Virus record (IMG/VR): IMGVR_UViG_3300049844_000087
Coordinates: 14,423-78,422 of that record
DNA from: a virus
Lineage: Duplodnaviria; Caudoviricetes
Strand: one strand, 5' to 3'
Length of the DNA stretch: 64,000 bases
Below the pieces are notes generated by a model. That model made no database searches and was not told where the DNA came from. It saw only the letters and a list, made by a program, of their open reading frames with translations. Positions 63,343 through 64,000 of the stretch are shown here, piece by piece (position 1 is the stretch's first letter; each line of letters starts with the position of its first letter). The position numbers and the translations under genes are program-made.

Positions 63343-63913
63343 GATCCACCAAGCCTAGTTCAAGAACTTCTTCTGCACGAATGTAATGGTCTTTCGCACA
63401 TAGTTTCTTCCACTGCTTAGCAGATATTTTTTTGCCTGACAGACGCTCATACAAGTGGTACATTTGCTCTTGTACTTTATTGTGGTGCGCAAGGTCGTGA
63501 TTCATATCGTCAGTCTTACCTCGGATACTGTCACTAGCTTGATGCACCATCACCCAAGAGTTTGGCCCAATTGAACGTTCGTCTCCGGCAGCTAAAATAA
63601 ATGTTGCAGCAGACATGATCTTCCCCAAGCCTCGGGTTATTACCGTACAAGGGGAAGCTTTGATTCGGTCAATAATACCGAACATGTCGTACACCGACCC
63701 TCCATAAGAGGAGACCTCGATGCGAATGGGCTTATCAGGCGCATTCTCCATTTCGTCGAAAGCTTTCTGGATAACTTCCAGAGAACATTCGTCGATTTCA
63801 TCATTTAGATAGATGACTCGCTCTTTGAAGTTGACGTTATACTCGAATAAATTCTCGTAGTGCGTCGAATCTTTAGTGCGAGTCGAGTTAGTTTTGTTCG
63901 CTCGACTCGACAT
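63323..63913 (-). CDS. ClpP-like (S14) protease
   Basis: RVIYLNDEID, SSYGGSV, IMSAAT, MVHQ. Confidence 0.88.
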   Translation of the reverse strand: MSSRANKTNSTRTKDSTHYENLFEYNVNFKERVIYLNDEIDECSLEVIQKAFDEMENAPDKPIRIEVSSYGGSVYDMFGIIDRIKASPCTVITRGLGKIMSAATFILAAGDERSIGPNSWVMVHQASDSIRGKTDDMNHDLAHHNKVQEQMYHLYERLSGKKISAKQWKKLCAKDHYIRAEEVLELGLVDHVTEET

Positions 63914-63916
63914 AAA

Positions 63917-64000
63917 TTACGCCTCTTGCTGAGTAGAAGACTCCTGCTGTTGAGCAGCGGCCTGTTGCTCCGCAGCTTTCTTCGTAGCACGCTCTTTCTG
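63917..64000 (-). CDS. 3' end of a gene entering from beyond the window
   Basis: Open frame QKERATKKAAEQQAAAQQQESSTQQEA-stop. Confidence 0.6.
   Translation of the reverse strand, partial: QKERATKKAAEQQAAAQQQESSTQQEA

Noticed and set aside
1-64000. Alternative genetic code (stop recoding)
   Set aside because: Long genes are intact under the standard code and gene packing is tight; no suppressor tRNA seen

Overview
A 64-kb segment of a large contractile-tailed (myovirus) dsDNA phage genome in four blocks. (1) 1-29.6 kb, minus strand: an SPO1/Twort-type virion module running protease, scaffold, major capsid, decoration/fibre genes, an embedded lysis cassette, candidate internal head proteins, neck, sheath, tube, chaperones, tape measure and baseplate. 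It has sigma70-like promoters and intrinsic terminators; portal and terminase are not in the window. (2) 29.7-48.5 kb, plus strand: a structured ncRNA candidate, an fMet-like tRNA(CAT) and about 50 small genes (ilvE-like aminotransferase, thyX, tyrosine recombinase, exonuclease, peptide deformylase, UDG-like, SET domain, AAA+, phosphoesterase, NifU-like, pyrimidine-dimer glycosylase), plus a tRNA-shaped RNA with a shrunken anticodon arm. (3) 48.8-59.8 kb: an early-type region that starts at a dif-like recombination site. It is driven by at least 10 sigma28/FliA-type promoters (three perfect TAAAGTTT-N11-GCCGATAA) and carries a dense array of a 15-bp palindrome, GTCTCA-N3-TGAGAC (at least 18 copies with at most 1 mismatch), much of it inside ORFs. 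It includes DUF932, GP88, AAA_25, rIIA and rIIB. (4) 59.8-64 kb: a collagen-like lipoprotein, three unrelated proteases (S8, S1, ClpP-like) and a Cys-less Rrf2 regulator. The most striking candidate system is sigma28-dependent early transcription plus a palindrome-coated leading region next to a dif-like site, with one copy of the same palindrome over the promoter of a small sigma-region-4 HTH gene heading the late module. A Bdellovibrionota-like predatory host, whose attack phase is FliA-driven, is inferred but not shown. All family assignments are from motif recognition by eye, not database searches.
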